The position numbers and the translations under genes were made by a program. The notes beneath the pieces were generated by a model. It made no database searches and was not told the DNA's origin. It saw only the letters and a list, made by a program, of their open reading frames with translations. A DNA stretch of 64,000 bases from Octopus sinensis (lineage: Eukaryota): positions 188,976,001 to 189,040,000 of the forward strand of contig NC_042998.1 of assembly GCF_006345805.1 (NCBI RefSeq), read 5' to 3'. This document shows, one piece after another, positions 41,410 through 53,589 of this stretch. How positions within the stretch are numbered: the stretch's first letter is position 1; every line of letters starts with the position of its first letter.

Positions 41410-41967
41410 GCGTTCTTGATTTTAATACTTTTCGATGTTTCTAAGAGGGGAAGAAGAGTAGCCGAGTAGACAAGAGAATAGAGCACAAGGAAAAAGCATA
41501 AAATCATGGGTTTTTGTCACCAAATATAACAGCATAACGGCGGTTTTAAAATGTGAGTCGCACGGTATTAACTTATAGAACAGACAAGTTCTATTTATGG
41601 AATAAAGTTCGATGTTTATAACAGCCGACTTTGAAAATATCGAATAAAAGCAGGATTTGGTGGAGTGACAGACAATACGACAAGATTCTTTTATTTATTT
41701 ATGCATTTTATGAACAGTAGCGCCGTTGGTTATAGATTTCCACCGGGACAATCACTTGTTCACTACATTTCCGCTGGCGGGAGTGACAAGGGGTGAGAGT
41801 GTAATTCGAGCGGAATAAATTACGGCTAAGTATTATTATTCGACGCACCAGTTTATCGGCAATATTTTTTTTCTCTCAAATATATGTATATATATCACCG
41901 GTGCACATACACACTCATACATACATACATAGAGACATATACATACAGACATATACATGCATATATA

Positions 41968-42060
41968 TATAGTTAATCCAAACATGAAAACACAAAGAGA
42001 AAACACAATAATGCGAGGACGTGGAACAAGTATAGTGTTATTGGACGCTCAGGAAAGGAA
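41968..42060 (-). mobile_element. 3' end of the (TA)n-embedded hammerhead-associated family; motif itself absent
   Basis: Reverse complement ttcctgagcgtccaataa..gtcctcgc..tgtttggattaact matches 46965-47036. Confidence 0.65.
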
Positions 42061-42123
42061 TATTATATATATATATATAATATATATATATATAATATAT
42101 ATATTATATATATATATATATAT

Positions 42124-43336
42124 TAATGGGTCATCCCATAAATAATGCGATTTTTTAATACTTCTTTTATTTTTCAAACTTGAGATAAACAAAGTTCTTT
42201 TTTAATCTAGAATATACTCTCCTTCATTTTCTACAATGCTCTATCCGGTAGACTTGCAATGTCCCTCTTCCAAAATTCACTTGTCTGTGATGAAAAATAC
42301 TCCTCCAGTACTATTCTGACATCGTCTACAGGATTCTTATTTTTTCCGTCCAAATGATTTTGAAGACCGCGGAATAAATGATAAACAGATGGGGCAATGT
42401 CCGGCGAATATGATGGGTGTGGCATCGTTTCCCATTCAAACAGCTCCAGCCTTTCGAATGTCATTCTCGCTGTATGCGGTCGAGCATTATCCTGAAACCA
42501 AAGTTGGTCATTTTTTTCTAAGCTGCTCGCAGTAGATCTCCTTCGTTATCGTTTGGTTTAGGTTTAAAAGTTCAAAGTGGACTAAACTTTTCATGTTCCA
42601 TCAAACAGATAACAACACCTTACGCGGATGAAGACTTTCTTTAACTTGAGGTGCCGGTGTTTCTCCTTTCCCTACCCACTGTCTTCGACGCTTGACATTT
42701 TTATAGGGAAACCATTTCTCGTCACCAGTCACTATTCGGTCCAAAAAAGGTTCAGTCGTGAGACGTGATAGCAAAGAAGAGCACACATTCACTCTCTGCG
42801 CGCGATTAGACTTGGAAGTTTGTGAGGAACCCATTGACCCAATTTGCTGACCTTTCCGCAGGTGTCGATGAATGACCAAATCCAAGCTTCTCTGTTAGTT
42901 CCTCAACAGTTACAATGGGATTTTGTTCCTCCCGGGTTTGCAGGACGTCCTCGTTGAGCTCTACAGCTCTTCCAGGACTAGGCTCTTCTGCTAGGTTGTA
43001 GTTTCTGGCTCGTAATTTCTGACACCACAGTTGACACTGGCTTACGCTTATTGTCCGATCCCCATATACTGCATTAATATTCCTCGCACTTTCCGCTGCG
43101 TTGTTGCCTTTATTGAATTCATAAAGCAAAATATGCCGGATATGTTCCTTTGCCACTTTCATTTTATAACATTGAAAAAATAGCTGTTAAAATCGAACTG
43201 GACTCTTCAAAACATGCACTAAGAATAAGCACAAGGTAAAATTACTACCTGCTTTATTGCAAGTTGATGCTGGTGGTTTATCCATCCCCCTCTGACATTT
43301 AAGTCATGCAATTGAAAAAAACCGCATTATTTATGG
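42124..43336 (-). mobile_element. Near full-length decayed mariner (Tc1/mariner) transposon
   Basis: HIRHILLYEF HTH region, IVTGDEKW and YSPDIAPSVYHLF motifs in three frames; left TIR atgggtcatcccataaataatgcgattttt; truncated right TIR aaaaaaccgcattatttatgg. Confidence 0.9.
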
Positions 43337-43397
43337 CGGTGCTCCAGCATGACCACAGCCAAATGACTTGATTTAAATTTATATATATATATATATA

Positions 43398-43778
43398 CTC
43401 TTTTACTTGTTTCAGTCATTTGACTGTGGTCATGCTGGAGCACCGCCTTTAGTCGAGCAAATCGACCCCAGGACTTATTCTTTGTAAGCCTAGTACTTAT
43501 TCTATCGGTCTCTTTTGCCGTACCACTAAGTTACGGGGAAACAAACACACCAGAATCGGTTGTCAAGCGATGTTGGGGGGGGGGGGACAAACACAGACAC
43601 ACAAATATATACACACATACATATATGTATGTACATATATACGACGGGCTTCTTTCAGTTTCCATCTACCAAATCCACTCACAAAGCTTTGGTTGGCCCG
43701 AAGCTTTAGTAGAAGACACTTTCCCAAGGTGCTTCGCAGTGGGACTGAACCTGGAACCATGTGGTTGGTAAGCAAGCT
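43398..43778 (-). mobile_element. SINE family A lacking the extreme 5' head
   Basis: Matches 28241-28610. Confidence 0.85.
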
Positions 43779-44016
43779 GATTATTTCATAAAATTTGTCA
43801 TTATAGACAGTACAAAGAGTGTGTAGCTTTGCGGGCTGGACAAACACATTAATGAATGAAAATGAAATAAAATGAATAAATGAGAGACGAAACCCAACAC
43901 CCGCCGATTGGATTTTTCTCGAAAACATATTTTCTTTTTTTTTTTTAAATCAATATGTGGTTTCACAAGAAGGAGGCACTAAAACCTCTTACTTAACATG
44001 TTTTTTTAAAACACAC

Positions 44017-44085
44017 AATAAACCACTACAGATAATACAATAAACCACTACAGATAATACAATAAACCACTACAGATAATACAAT
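44017..44085. repeat. 22-bp tandem repeat x3 (caataaaccactacagataata)
   Basis: Direct reading; no spacers. Confidence 0.9.
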
Positions 44086-44530
44086 ACGATGAGGTTTCAA
44101 ACCTGTGTGGCAAGCTACTTACCACACAGCCACTCCTACTCCTATATATATAAATTAAATTTAAAATTTAAAATTAAGGTTTAGAAAGGAGACATTAAAA
44201 TACAGTATTGAAATCTTGTTTCGAGTAAGTCCCAGGTTGCGTGTCTCCAGAGCATGTGCACCACTTATGGCGACAAGGCGTCATCCGAGTCACTGCGCTT
44301 TCGTCGCTGGATCTATGTCAGGACTTCCTAGGTGTATGTTGGGTATATTTTCAATGACTGATACGGAAGACGGTGTATAACTAGAAGCTTTATTTAGTAC
44401 AACAATCGTTTCGTCTGCCTCCTGCACTTCTCCCTAGTGGGTGGGGAACGATGTAATGACATCAGATGCATTGCACTGTGCAGAGAGCGTCATCAAGTGA
44501 CGTAACACGCTTCAAAAGTTATAAGATTTA

Positions 44531-45032
44531 CCGTAAATCCTCGAGTATAATCCGCATTTTTCCCCAAAATTTAAAGGTCAAAATTTCTAGTGCGTACTAT
44601 ATACGAGGTTAAAAATGAAAAATATTTTCTAAGCAATGTCCGAGTCTCTATTTACTGTCCGGCAATGTTTATTCAGACGCATTTTGTGATGTCGGGTGCG
44701 AAAATACCTTAAGCTAAGCCTGAAAGCAATGAAGTCATAAAAGAATCATCCATAACTTGCAGTAAGCAACATTTATTAAACGTTATTACTGTTATTACTG
44801 TTATTTCTTTATTTTCTGCAAACAAAATGCACAAAAAAGCTACCCGTTTGCGTTATGTTATATATGCAATAATAATAAAGGACGTTACCGTATACATTTT
44901 TACAAACTAAGGATGTTATATAGACCTCCTTGACTCAAGTTAGAGAAGGAGTGCGTATTATACACAAGGTTTAAGTTTTTCACAGCTACAGCCCCCTAAA
45001 AGTCCCTGCGAACTATACTCGAGGATTTACGG
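44531..45032. mobile_element. pogo/Tigger-like MITE, 502 bp
   Basis: Perfect TIR ccgtaaatcctcgagtata / tatactcgaggatttacgg flanked by TA on both sides; subterminal agtgcgta.tata.ac.aggtt motif occurs twice. Confidence 0.85.
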
Positions 45033-45487
45033 TACATTTCGCTCCAAATTAGATGTTGCTGGTATTATGGTGTGATGCTTGTAGTTCACACACATTGGTG
45101 AAGTGAGAATGATTGTGATCAGGAAGTGGTTGATAAAAAAATAAAAAATACAAAGAATCTAATGTAAACGGGGTGTGTTTAAGGCATTGGACTGAAAGGC
45201 CCTAAAGCGTGTGGAGACCTTTGATGGCTGGCTATGGCAGTCAAGTGTGACGGCGTGATCAAGAATTTGGTGGGGTTGTGATTCCCGTTTTTTAGGCTCG
45301 GTGGCTGGTTACACCGACACACATACAGACATACTTTCATACATATATATACATATGTGCGTGTGCGCTTGTATATATACACACACATGCGCTCACCCAC
45401 CCACACGCACACACATACATACATACATACATACATACATACATACATACATACATACATACATACATACATACATTCAATAAAGCA

Positions 45488-45790
45488 GTGGCCCACAATG
45501 TGTTTGCAGTGCCAATACTCATACCAACATTTGGGCTGCTTGATTGGACACTTGATGAGATCCGAGCCATTGATGTGAAAACCCGAAAAATACTAACAAG
45601 CACACATAATTTCCACATAAGTAGTGACGTAGACCGGCTCTGCCTAAAAGGAAAGCAAGGCGGCGGAGGCTTAACATCGATCCAGAATGCCTTTGAATAT
45701 CGTATCATATCCCTTCGGCAAGTGTCGAAGTGCATCTCTTGACCAAGTTTGTATACATGAGGCTGATAACATCATATGACTTAAAGGGGA
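45488..45790 (+). mobile_element. R4/Dong-like LINE internal fragment (post-RT region) directly after a (CATA)n array
   Basis: AHNVFAVPILIPTFGLLDWTLDEIRAIDVKTRKILT..SDVDRLCLKGKQGGGGLTSI, typical of R4-clade ORFs. Confidence 0.7.
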
Positions 45791-45879
45791 GCTCCTAGAG
45801 CAACATTCCTTGTCTGATAACCTAGAATACATACCCAAAGAAATCGCACGACTCTACCGCAACGTATCATTAGATGAAA

Positions 45880-45936
<57 letters not shown>

Positions 45937-45989
45937 ATATATATATATATATAATATATATATATATATATAATATTATATATATATAT

Positions 45990-46582
45990 ATAAACCACCA
46001 CGACACTGGACACACACACACACTACTACTCAACACACGCTGGCACGCTACATACGCCCCCACCCCTTCCCCTCCCTCCCTTCCTCCTTCCTTCCTTCTT
46101 TTTCTTACTACTGACCTGTCTGCTAAGCTGACCACTAGTCTCGCCGTACCTCACACGCCTACACACAGACGCACACACCAACACACACATATATTTTTTT
46201 GTTTTTTCATCTCGCATCTCGCCTCACACACACACATACACACACGCACACGCACACACTCACACATACACACACATCTGTTGCGTTACCAACCTTGTCT
46301 CCACCTCTTTTGCCTTTAAAAACCCACTTTGCTCTTGTTATCGTAAACATCCGCCTTTCACCATGTGCAACTCGTAAACACCAGTCGTCTTTTTTCTCTC
46401 TTTCCCTGTTGCCCGCTCTGGGATCTTTCTTTCTCTCTCTTCCTTCTTTTGTTTCCGACGAAGAGCTCCGCTCGAAACGTCATACCTCCCTGCTTCCATT
46501 TCCTGAGCGCCTATTAATAATAATACTGTAATTGTTCCATTGTTGTTGTTTTTTTTGTTTCCCGTTTGGATTAAAATTATAT
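45990..46582 (+). mobile_element. (TA)n-flanked Penelope-LTR-like element containing a hammerhead motif
   Basis: CA/CT-rich body, motif at 46451-46485, 3' end ttcctgagcg..aataatac..tttggattaa. Confidence 0.55.
46451..46485 (+). ncRNA. Minimal type I hammerhead-like motif (CCGACGA core, GUC triplet)
   Basis: GTTT CCGACGA A GAGC TCC GCTC GAA AC GT C^ATAC. Confidence 0.55.
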
Positions 46583-46611
46583 TATTATATATATATATAT
46601 ATATATATATG

Positions 46612-46845
46612 TGAAGGCGGCGAGCTGGTAGAAACGTTAGCACGCCGGACGAAATGCTTAGCGGTATTTCGTCTGCCGCTACGTTCTGAGTTCAAATTCC
46701 GCCGAGGTCGACTTTGCCTTTCATCCTTTCGGGGTCGATAAATTAAGTACCAGTTACGCACTGGGGTCGATGTAATCGGCTTAATCCGTTTGTCTGTCCT
46801 TGTTTGTCCCCTCTGTGTTTAGCCCCTTGTGGGTAGTTAAGAAAT
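46612..46845 (+). mobile_element. SINE family D, full length
   Basis: Head ggcggcgagctggtagaaacgttagcacg; B-box-like gagttcaaattcc; many copies in the window. Confidence 0.85.
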
Positions 46846-46861
46846 ATATATATATATATAT

Positions 46862-47036
46862 ATATACCGTTGGCGATTTTTTTCCTCTGTCTTCCCTTCT
46901 CTGAATCTTACCTTCTCCTATGTTTCCGACGAAGAGCTCCGCTCGAAACGTTAAACCCTCCTTCTTTCCTGAGCGTCCAATAATACTATATCTGTTAAGG
47001 TCCTCGCGTTGTTGTTTTTTTTGTTTGGATTAACTT

Positions 47037-47040
<4 letters not shown>
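46862..47040 (+). mobile_element. Short (TA)n-flanked element of the hammerhead family
   Basis: Shares the motif and the 3' end with 45990-46582. Confidence 0.6.
46922..46956 (+). ncRNA. Minimal type I hammerhead-like motif (CCGACGA core, GUU triplet)
   Basis: GTTT CCGACGA A GAGC TCC GCTC GAA AC GT T^AAAC; perfect stem I GTTT/AAAC and stem II GAGC/GCTC. Confidence 0.6.
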
Positions 47041-47075
<35 letters not shown>

Positions 47076-47084
47076 CTGAAGGCT

Positions 47085-47780
47085 ATGATTTTGAGGAACC
47101 AATTGAGATGGTGTGGCCGTATTGTTCGAATGGCGGATGAATGCATGCCGAAACAACTGTTTTATGGTGAGCTTGCAAAGGGGAAACGCTATCCGTGTAA
47201 ACCTAAAAAAAAGGTTTAAGAACGCCATAAGGACTACAATGAAGTACCTTGGAATGGTTCCAGAAGATATAGAAACCCTTGCTTCGAATCGAATTGGATG
47301 GCGAACAAAGGTATAGAGTGGAGTGAAAACATTTGAAGATGCCAGGATAACGTAAGTGAGACTCAAAAGAGATCTAAGGAAGAATGTAACAATCGAGAAG
47401 GTGAATGACAATGACCTTTTTGTGTGCACAGTCTGTGACAGACCATGCCTGTCTTTTGCTGGTCTCAAATCTCATCTGTGAATACATGGAAAACGAACCT
47501 CCACCAACTATTCTACCAATATGTCTGTGCATACCTTTGAATGCAGTGTATGCCAGAAGGTTTGCAAATCCAACGGAGGCCTCGAAAGACATTTTAAGAT
47601 CCACAAAGAGCAGAACTTATCTGCAGGTATTGGTGGTCCAAATCAGAGGTGCAATCTATGTGTGTGTCTTTTCAGAACATTGTCCGGTTTAAAAAGCCAC
47701 ATCTGATGCCATGATGGTACCAAGGTGTAGGTACAGGAGGTGGTCAAACTCTGCATAAGGAGTAGACAACCACCATGTAA
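47085..47780 (+). mobile_element. RTE-clade LINE 3' fragment with three C2H2-type fingers
   Basis: QLRWCGRIVRMADECMPKQLFYGELAKGKR..KKRFKN..LASNRIGWR, then CTVC-x12-HL*IH, CSVC-x12-HFKIH, CNLC-x12-HI*CH. Confidence 0.8.
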
Positions 47781-48281
47781 GTATGTATAGATGGATGGAT
47801 GGATGAATAGACGGATGGACGGACGGACGGACAGGCGGACGGACGGACGGGCGGACGGACGGACGGGTGGATGGATGGATGAATGAATGGATGGATGGAT
47901 GGATGGATTTTTCGTATCTATCATTAGACTCTGGCTATGCATTCTGGGACACCATCTTGAAGGGGAATAATTAAACGAATCGAGTCCATTACTTAGTTTT
48001 TGAAGTCTCATAGATCTTCTATCGGCCTATTTTTGTCGAACCTGTAAGTTACGGGGACTTCAATAAGCTGAAACTGGTTATCAAGCGGTGGAAGAACAGA
48101 CACTAAGACACGCACACACATACAAGCAGTGTCAAATGAAAAAGGGATGTCTTGCATATGTAATTCACCGGGATACAAACTAAACCTTGGAAGCCTAGAA
48201 AAACAAAAACTGAGAAAAGTATCTGTGAATGGCAGTTTTCATTCAATTGCTAACCTTTAATAAATCTCAAGTTCTCATATT

Positions 48282-48669
48282 GTATGGAAGCACTCCGTCG
48301 GTTACGACGACGAGGGTTCCGGTTGATCCGAATCAACGGAACAGCCTGCTCGTGAAATTAACGTGTAAGTGGCTGAGCACTCCACAGACACGTGTACCCT
48401 TAACGTAGTTCTCGGGGATATTCAGCGTGACACAGAGAGTGACAAGGCCGGCCCTTTGAAATACATGTACAACAGAAACAGGAAGTAAGAGTGAGAGAAA
48501 GTTGTGGTGAAAGAGTACAGCAGGGATCATCACCATCCCCTGCCGGAGCTTCGTGGAGCTTTAGGTGTTTTCGCTCAATAAACACTCACAACGCCCGGTC
48601 TGGGAATCGAAACCGCGATCCTATGACCGCGAGTCCGATGCTCTAACCACTGGGCCATTGCGCCTCCAC
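48282..48669 (-). mobile_element. SINE family B, full length, with TSD ttctcatat
   Basis: Reverse complement of 59701-60082; ttctcatat occurs on both flanks. Confidence 0.9.
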
Positions 48670-49310
48670 TTCTCATATTAAAGAACCGCTGAGATACATA
48701 GTATGTCTTTACTGCTACATACTCGAACCTCTTAGAGTTTATGCTTCAAGCATAATTCTGGAGGTTATTTACCATAAAAGAAGCATTCTCACTCTAATTG
48801 GATTGAGGAAAAACTACGTCGCTTCCATAAATTAATGGTGCAAATTTAGTGCATGCGTCAATGCAAATACTGCTTTATAATTACAAAGTGAATGATTACG
48901 TAATTGAAATCTGTCGAAGAGAGAAGTTTATTAAAAAGGTAGCATGAAGCATAGCCAAGTTCGGTATCTTCCTCGTCTCATAACAGTGATGAGTAATTAA
49001 AATACGCCAAACTAAATATAAACTGCGCAGCCTTTGAATAATTTAAAACGGAAGCGCGCTGCCTGAGAAGTGCGAGACCCAAGCATGATAGCGAATTTTT
49101 TTTTACAAAGAAATGCTATCCCAGTAGGAACTACGAAAAGCATGTAATAAAACAAAATGCAGAAGATAACTGCAAAATAAGTGAAACCTACGAAAAAAAA
49201 ATCAATCACATAATTTATAGCTATCCAAAGGAAATTTTGACAGAGCTATAGTTTTTTTATGTCAAAATGGTCCTGCATACTGAACTGAACTCTCAGAATA
49301 GAATTGCAAC

Positions 49311-49323
49311 TATAGATAGATAA

Positions 49324-49371
<48 letters not shown>

Positions 49372-49430
49372 TAGATAGAAAGAGAGATAGATAGGAGACA
49401 GATAGATAGATAGATAGATAGATAGATAGC

Positions 49431-49461
<31 letters not shown>

Positions 49462-49676
49462 GTTCTATTGGCAACACAGGGCTGCAACACAGATGGGGAC
49501 AAGTTTACAAGGAGAGCTTTCTTTTGGGGGAGAAAAAAAAAAGGATGGCGTAGGTTTTCGATCAAAAGGGATAGTAAAAGGGGAAAAAAGAACAAAAGAA
49601 AAGATAGATAGATAGATAGATAGATAGTAGATAGTATAGATAGATAGATAGATAGAAGATAGATAGATAGGCAGAC

Positions 49677-49761
<85 letters not shown>
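49311..49761. repeat. (GATA)n array interrupted by a Tx1 3'-end fragment
   Basis: Direct reading. Confidence 0.95.
49461..49593 (-). mobile_element. ~130-bp 5'-truncated 3' end of a Tx1 element related to the full-length copy
   Basis: acacagggctgca.cacagat..acaag.ttacaagg.gagctttt..tttcgatcaaaagggat.gtaaaagg aligns with 49762-49910. Confidence 0.8.
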
Positions 49762-50154
49762 TGTTTCTTTATTAGCCACACAGGGCTGCACACAGATAGA
49801 ACAAATTACAAGGTAGAGCTTTTCTTTTGAAGGTTTAAAAAAAAAAAAAAAAAAAAAAAAAGAAGGGGGGGTTTCGATCAAAAGGGATCGTAAAAGGAGA
49901 GAAAGAGGACAAAAAAAAGGGGGGGGTTTAAAAAAAAAAAAAAAAAAAAAAGGGGGAGAGGAAAAAAAAATTGATCAATAGGGATCGTTATCACAGAAAT
50001 GTCAATATGAAGTGTAAAGGGGAGGACAGGTGAGGTTTACCCGTGGAAAGAAAAGCCTACGGAAAAGACCACGGTAACCTCGGTCAATGATGATATTTCA
50101 CTTTTTTTTTTTTTTTTTTGCAAATAAGCAACTCTCTGTTTTCGATTTCTGGGT

Positions 50155-53100
50155 TCATAGGACTATGCTCAAGGTGGCTTCGTCATTCATACGTGCCATT
50201 CTTGCTACATTCACCCATCTTTTTTTAAAACATTCGCTAGACAAAACTTGCCTCTCTACTCTCACTTTCCTTTTCAAGTGGTACTTGAAGAAGTTGATGA
50301 GAGATTGACCAGAGAGGAAAGTGTTTGTCTCCAATCCTTTCAGACGCGTCCACCAGATACATTCTTTCGCCATAGCCACAAGGATGATGAAAATAGCTCT
50401 TCCTTCCCGTTTGAAGGAAGGAGGCGTGACAATATTGACGATAGACTCAGCTGATAAACCGACTCGTCCCACACGTGACAGCAGTTGTTCGACATAAGCC
50501 CACAGGTCGGAAATTGTTGGACACTGAACGAGTGCGTGCAGAACGGTTTCGTCGCTCTGACCGCATCTCGGGCAGGTCGGCCCCGTGTTTCTCGAGCCGT
50601 GTCTGTAGAGCTTATCCCGAACGGGTAGCGCTTCTCGGTAGCACTGCCAGGCCAGGGATCTCTGGAAGTTGTCCATGGGCCTGGCCCGAAAGTCGTCCCG
50701 AACAGGCGGGTCAGGTACTCCTCGTCGACGTCCAGGTTCGCCCCGAGCTCGTCGTCGTACCTCCCCTCCACTAAACCCCTATAGAATGCTTTGGTTGTGT
50801 TGAAGTCACTTAAGGTCGACCCAGGACGGCAGAGTTGCTTGAGAGCAACGCGACACTCGCGGTGCCATTCGCCCTTCCTCGGCCTCTTTTTGATCCACGA
50901 CTGCAGTTCGGTCATGGAGACGAGCTGCGGGAAAGCGTGCCTCACAAACGGCGACCACACCTGTTCACCGTCGTCTACATAGAGCCAGAGATGTCGCAGT
51001 CTCAGCGCGTGTCTGCGCATCATCAACCACGGCATGCCCAGCCCTCCTTTTAACGGGTGTTGACAGCAAATGGATCGCCTGACCATCGGGACGCATCCTT
51101 TCCACAAGAAGCGAAAGAGGATGCGTTGTAGTTTGGTGATGGTAGGGTCGGGACAAGGTACGACGGTCAGGCGGTAGTAGATGACGGACGCGATGTACGT
51201 GTTCGCCACCTCCGCTCGACCTTTTAGGGACAGTTTCCTCTCGGCCCATTGCCGGGCGAGAGTGACCACCCTACTCGTTATCTCGTTCCAGTTCTTCTCC
51301 ACTTGGAGGTCCGGACCAAACCAGACCCCGAGCAACTCAACCGGGCCGTCGGTCCAGCGTCCCACGACGGAGGCGCTGGTGGACGGCATGGGCTTGCTTC
51401 TCCAGGTGCCTAGTCGCAAGCCCACTGACTTTTCCCGGTTGATTTTCGCTCCTGTCACCGCTTCGTAGTTTTTCAGTGTCTCGCCGACCAGCTCGATGTG
51501 CTCGTGGCTAGACACTATGACGGTGACGTCGTCCGCGTATGCAGACACGCTCGTCCCGCATCCCAATTCTCGCGGGATGCCCCTTAGAGTCGCCAGCTTC
51601 CGCAGTAGTGGCTCAAGAGTCAATACGTATAGAAGCGCCGAGAGGGGGCATCCCTGACGGACCGAACGTGCAATGTCGAAAGGTCTCGATAGATGTCCAT
51701 TTACGCGAATTACCGAACGGATGCCTCTGTACAAGGCAGCTATCCAGCCGCGGAAGACGGGACCGAAACCAGCCGCTCTCAGGACTGCCTCCAAGTATCG
51801 ATGGTCTACCCTATCAAAGGCTTTCGATTGATCCAAGTTGATCAGGGCCCCACCCATGCCAGGTTCGTTAACTACCCTGTCTATGATGTAGCGCATCAGA
51901 TGGAGGTTGTCATGGATGGTCCGGCCTGGCACGGCGCATGTTTGCGCCTTGTCGACCAGTTTCTCGATGACAAGCGCCAACCTCTTGGCTAGCACCTTGG
52001 CCAAAATTTTCAAGTCTGCATTAAGCAGAGTGATGGGCCTAAAGTTATCTATTACATTTCCTTGTTTAGATCTTTCTTCAGCAGTGTTACGGCTCCTCGG
52101 CTCACAAAACCAGGAATGCTCCCGTTTTGCTGCCAGTTGCAGTACACCGCCGCCAAGAGATCTCCAAACAAGTCTGGCATACAATTGTAAAGCTCGTAGG
52201 GTAGACCATCCAAACCCGGTGATTTGTCCCTCGAGCATTCTGCCATCGCTTCCCGCACTTCCGCCGCCGTGATGGCACCTTCGCAGCACCCTGCCTTTCT
52301 TGTCGAGAGTCGTGGTAGGCTATGTAGGTAGGCACTGAAGTCCACCCTACGTTCTTGCCCTCCACTCGTTCCGAACAGTCGGGCAAAATGCTGCTGAAAG
52401 GCCTCACACATTTTACTTGGCTCGAGCAATTCGCGCCCCTGTTCATCTACCAGTGACCGAATGGTGGCTTTGTTGCCCTGTTGCGCCTCTGCCACCCGGG
52501 CCTCTCTCGCGGCTCCAACACCTTCGTTCCTTAGAGCACGCATCCTAGCTCTGACAGCACATCCTTCGTGTTTGGCGTTGAAGTGTTGGTCGAGGGCCAA
52601 CCTCGCCGCCAAAACGTCGGATGCGATGCCGCTTCTAATTGCCTCTTCTAGCTTCTTAACTAGCTCACCCTCTACTCTATTTCTATCTATGGCTAGTGCT
52701 TTGCTGTACCTAATCGCTTCTGCTTTTACTGCTCTCTTGAGGGCAAACCACCATTTGTTGTTGATGATGGCTCCCGTCAAAGCCCTCTTTACTAGTGTGC
52801 TAATCCGGTCTCTGAAAACTTGTCTCGATGGGAAAGACGCGTTTAGTTCCAGTATCCGGGACCCTGCCTAAGTGTCTTACCTAAGTCTAGCGTACATGTC
52901 ACAAGTTTGTGATCCGTGTAGCTGACTATGTGGAATTGTGGACATCCTATGCTATCTCTATCTACTGTCCTACACAGTATCCTATCTAGATACGATCTCG
53001 ACGACCCGATGCGGTTGCTCCATGTCCACGTTGGCGCATTCGGGTGGTCTAGTCGGAACCTGTCAGACAGTTGAAAGCGTCTGAGCAGGTCTCTGAGGCA

Positions 53101-53589
53101 TTTGCATCCCCGTCTATTCCTATCTCTACCCACGTAGTCTACATGCGTGTCCAAGGTAGCATTCCAATCCCCCACTAAGAGTAAAGGACGAGACGTTCCC
53201 AAGAAAACTTCTAGACGTTGAAAGAAATCCGCCCGACCTGTTAAGGGCGGTGCGTAAACTGATACGAGTCGAAAAGCGCACCCATTGCTGCCGTCGACAT
53301 CCAGGACGACCAGTCTACCCTCCGGGTCTACGAATATTGTCCTTACATTGAGATCCAGACTCTTGTGAAAAAGTACCGCGGTGCCACTACCGCCCATTCT
53401 CGGCAGACAGGGGGAAAAATAAATGTTGAACTGTCCGCCAAACATGGTCTTTAGGGCCCGCGGATTGTGGAGTCTGGTCTCGCTTATGGCTATGATTTCT
53501 AACTTATGTGACTTTATGTCATTTAAGAGGTACCCTTGTTTCCAAGGGGACCCCAAGCCACGCGCATTTACACAACCAATCTTGATCAT
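50155..53589 (-). CDS. Tx1-like ORF2: APE endonuclease, reverse transcriptase, C-terminal Cys/His (zf-RVT-like) domain; three -1 frameshifts
   Basis: NARGL..ISETR..GDWNA..SYLDRI..TDH (APE); NFRPITLLNADLKIL, DQSKAFDRV, RQGCPLS, YADD (RT); CPRC..ETVLHALVQC. ORF-track pieces 52843-53589, 52052-52780, 50340-52289, 50155-50676. Confidence 0.92.

Noticed and set aside
44017-44085. Regular 22-bp repeats resembling a CRISPR array
   Set aside because: Contiguous tandem copies with no spacers, in a eukaryotic context.
43779-44145. Apparent 331-bp insertion splitting a SINE-A head, with gcaagct duplicated
   Set aside because: The downstream piece may be an independent head fragment because the bases before it also resemble SINE-A; the insert has no terminal features.
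44370-44505. Minus-strand TTGATGA...GACGAAACG hammerhead-like pieces
   Set aside because: Stem II would be very long and mismatched at the junction, and stems I and III do not form.
50475-52871. Plus-strand ORFs overlapping the Tx1 ORF2
   Set aside because: Antisense shadows of a GC-rich coding region; no recognisable motifs.
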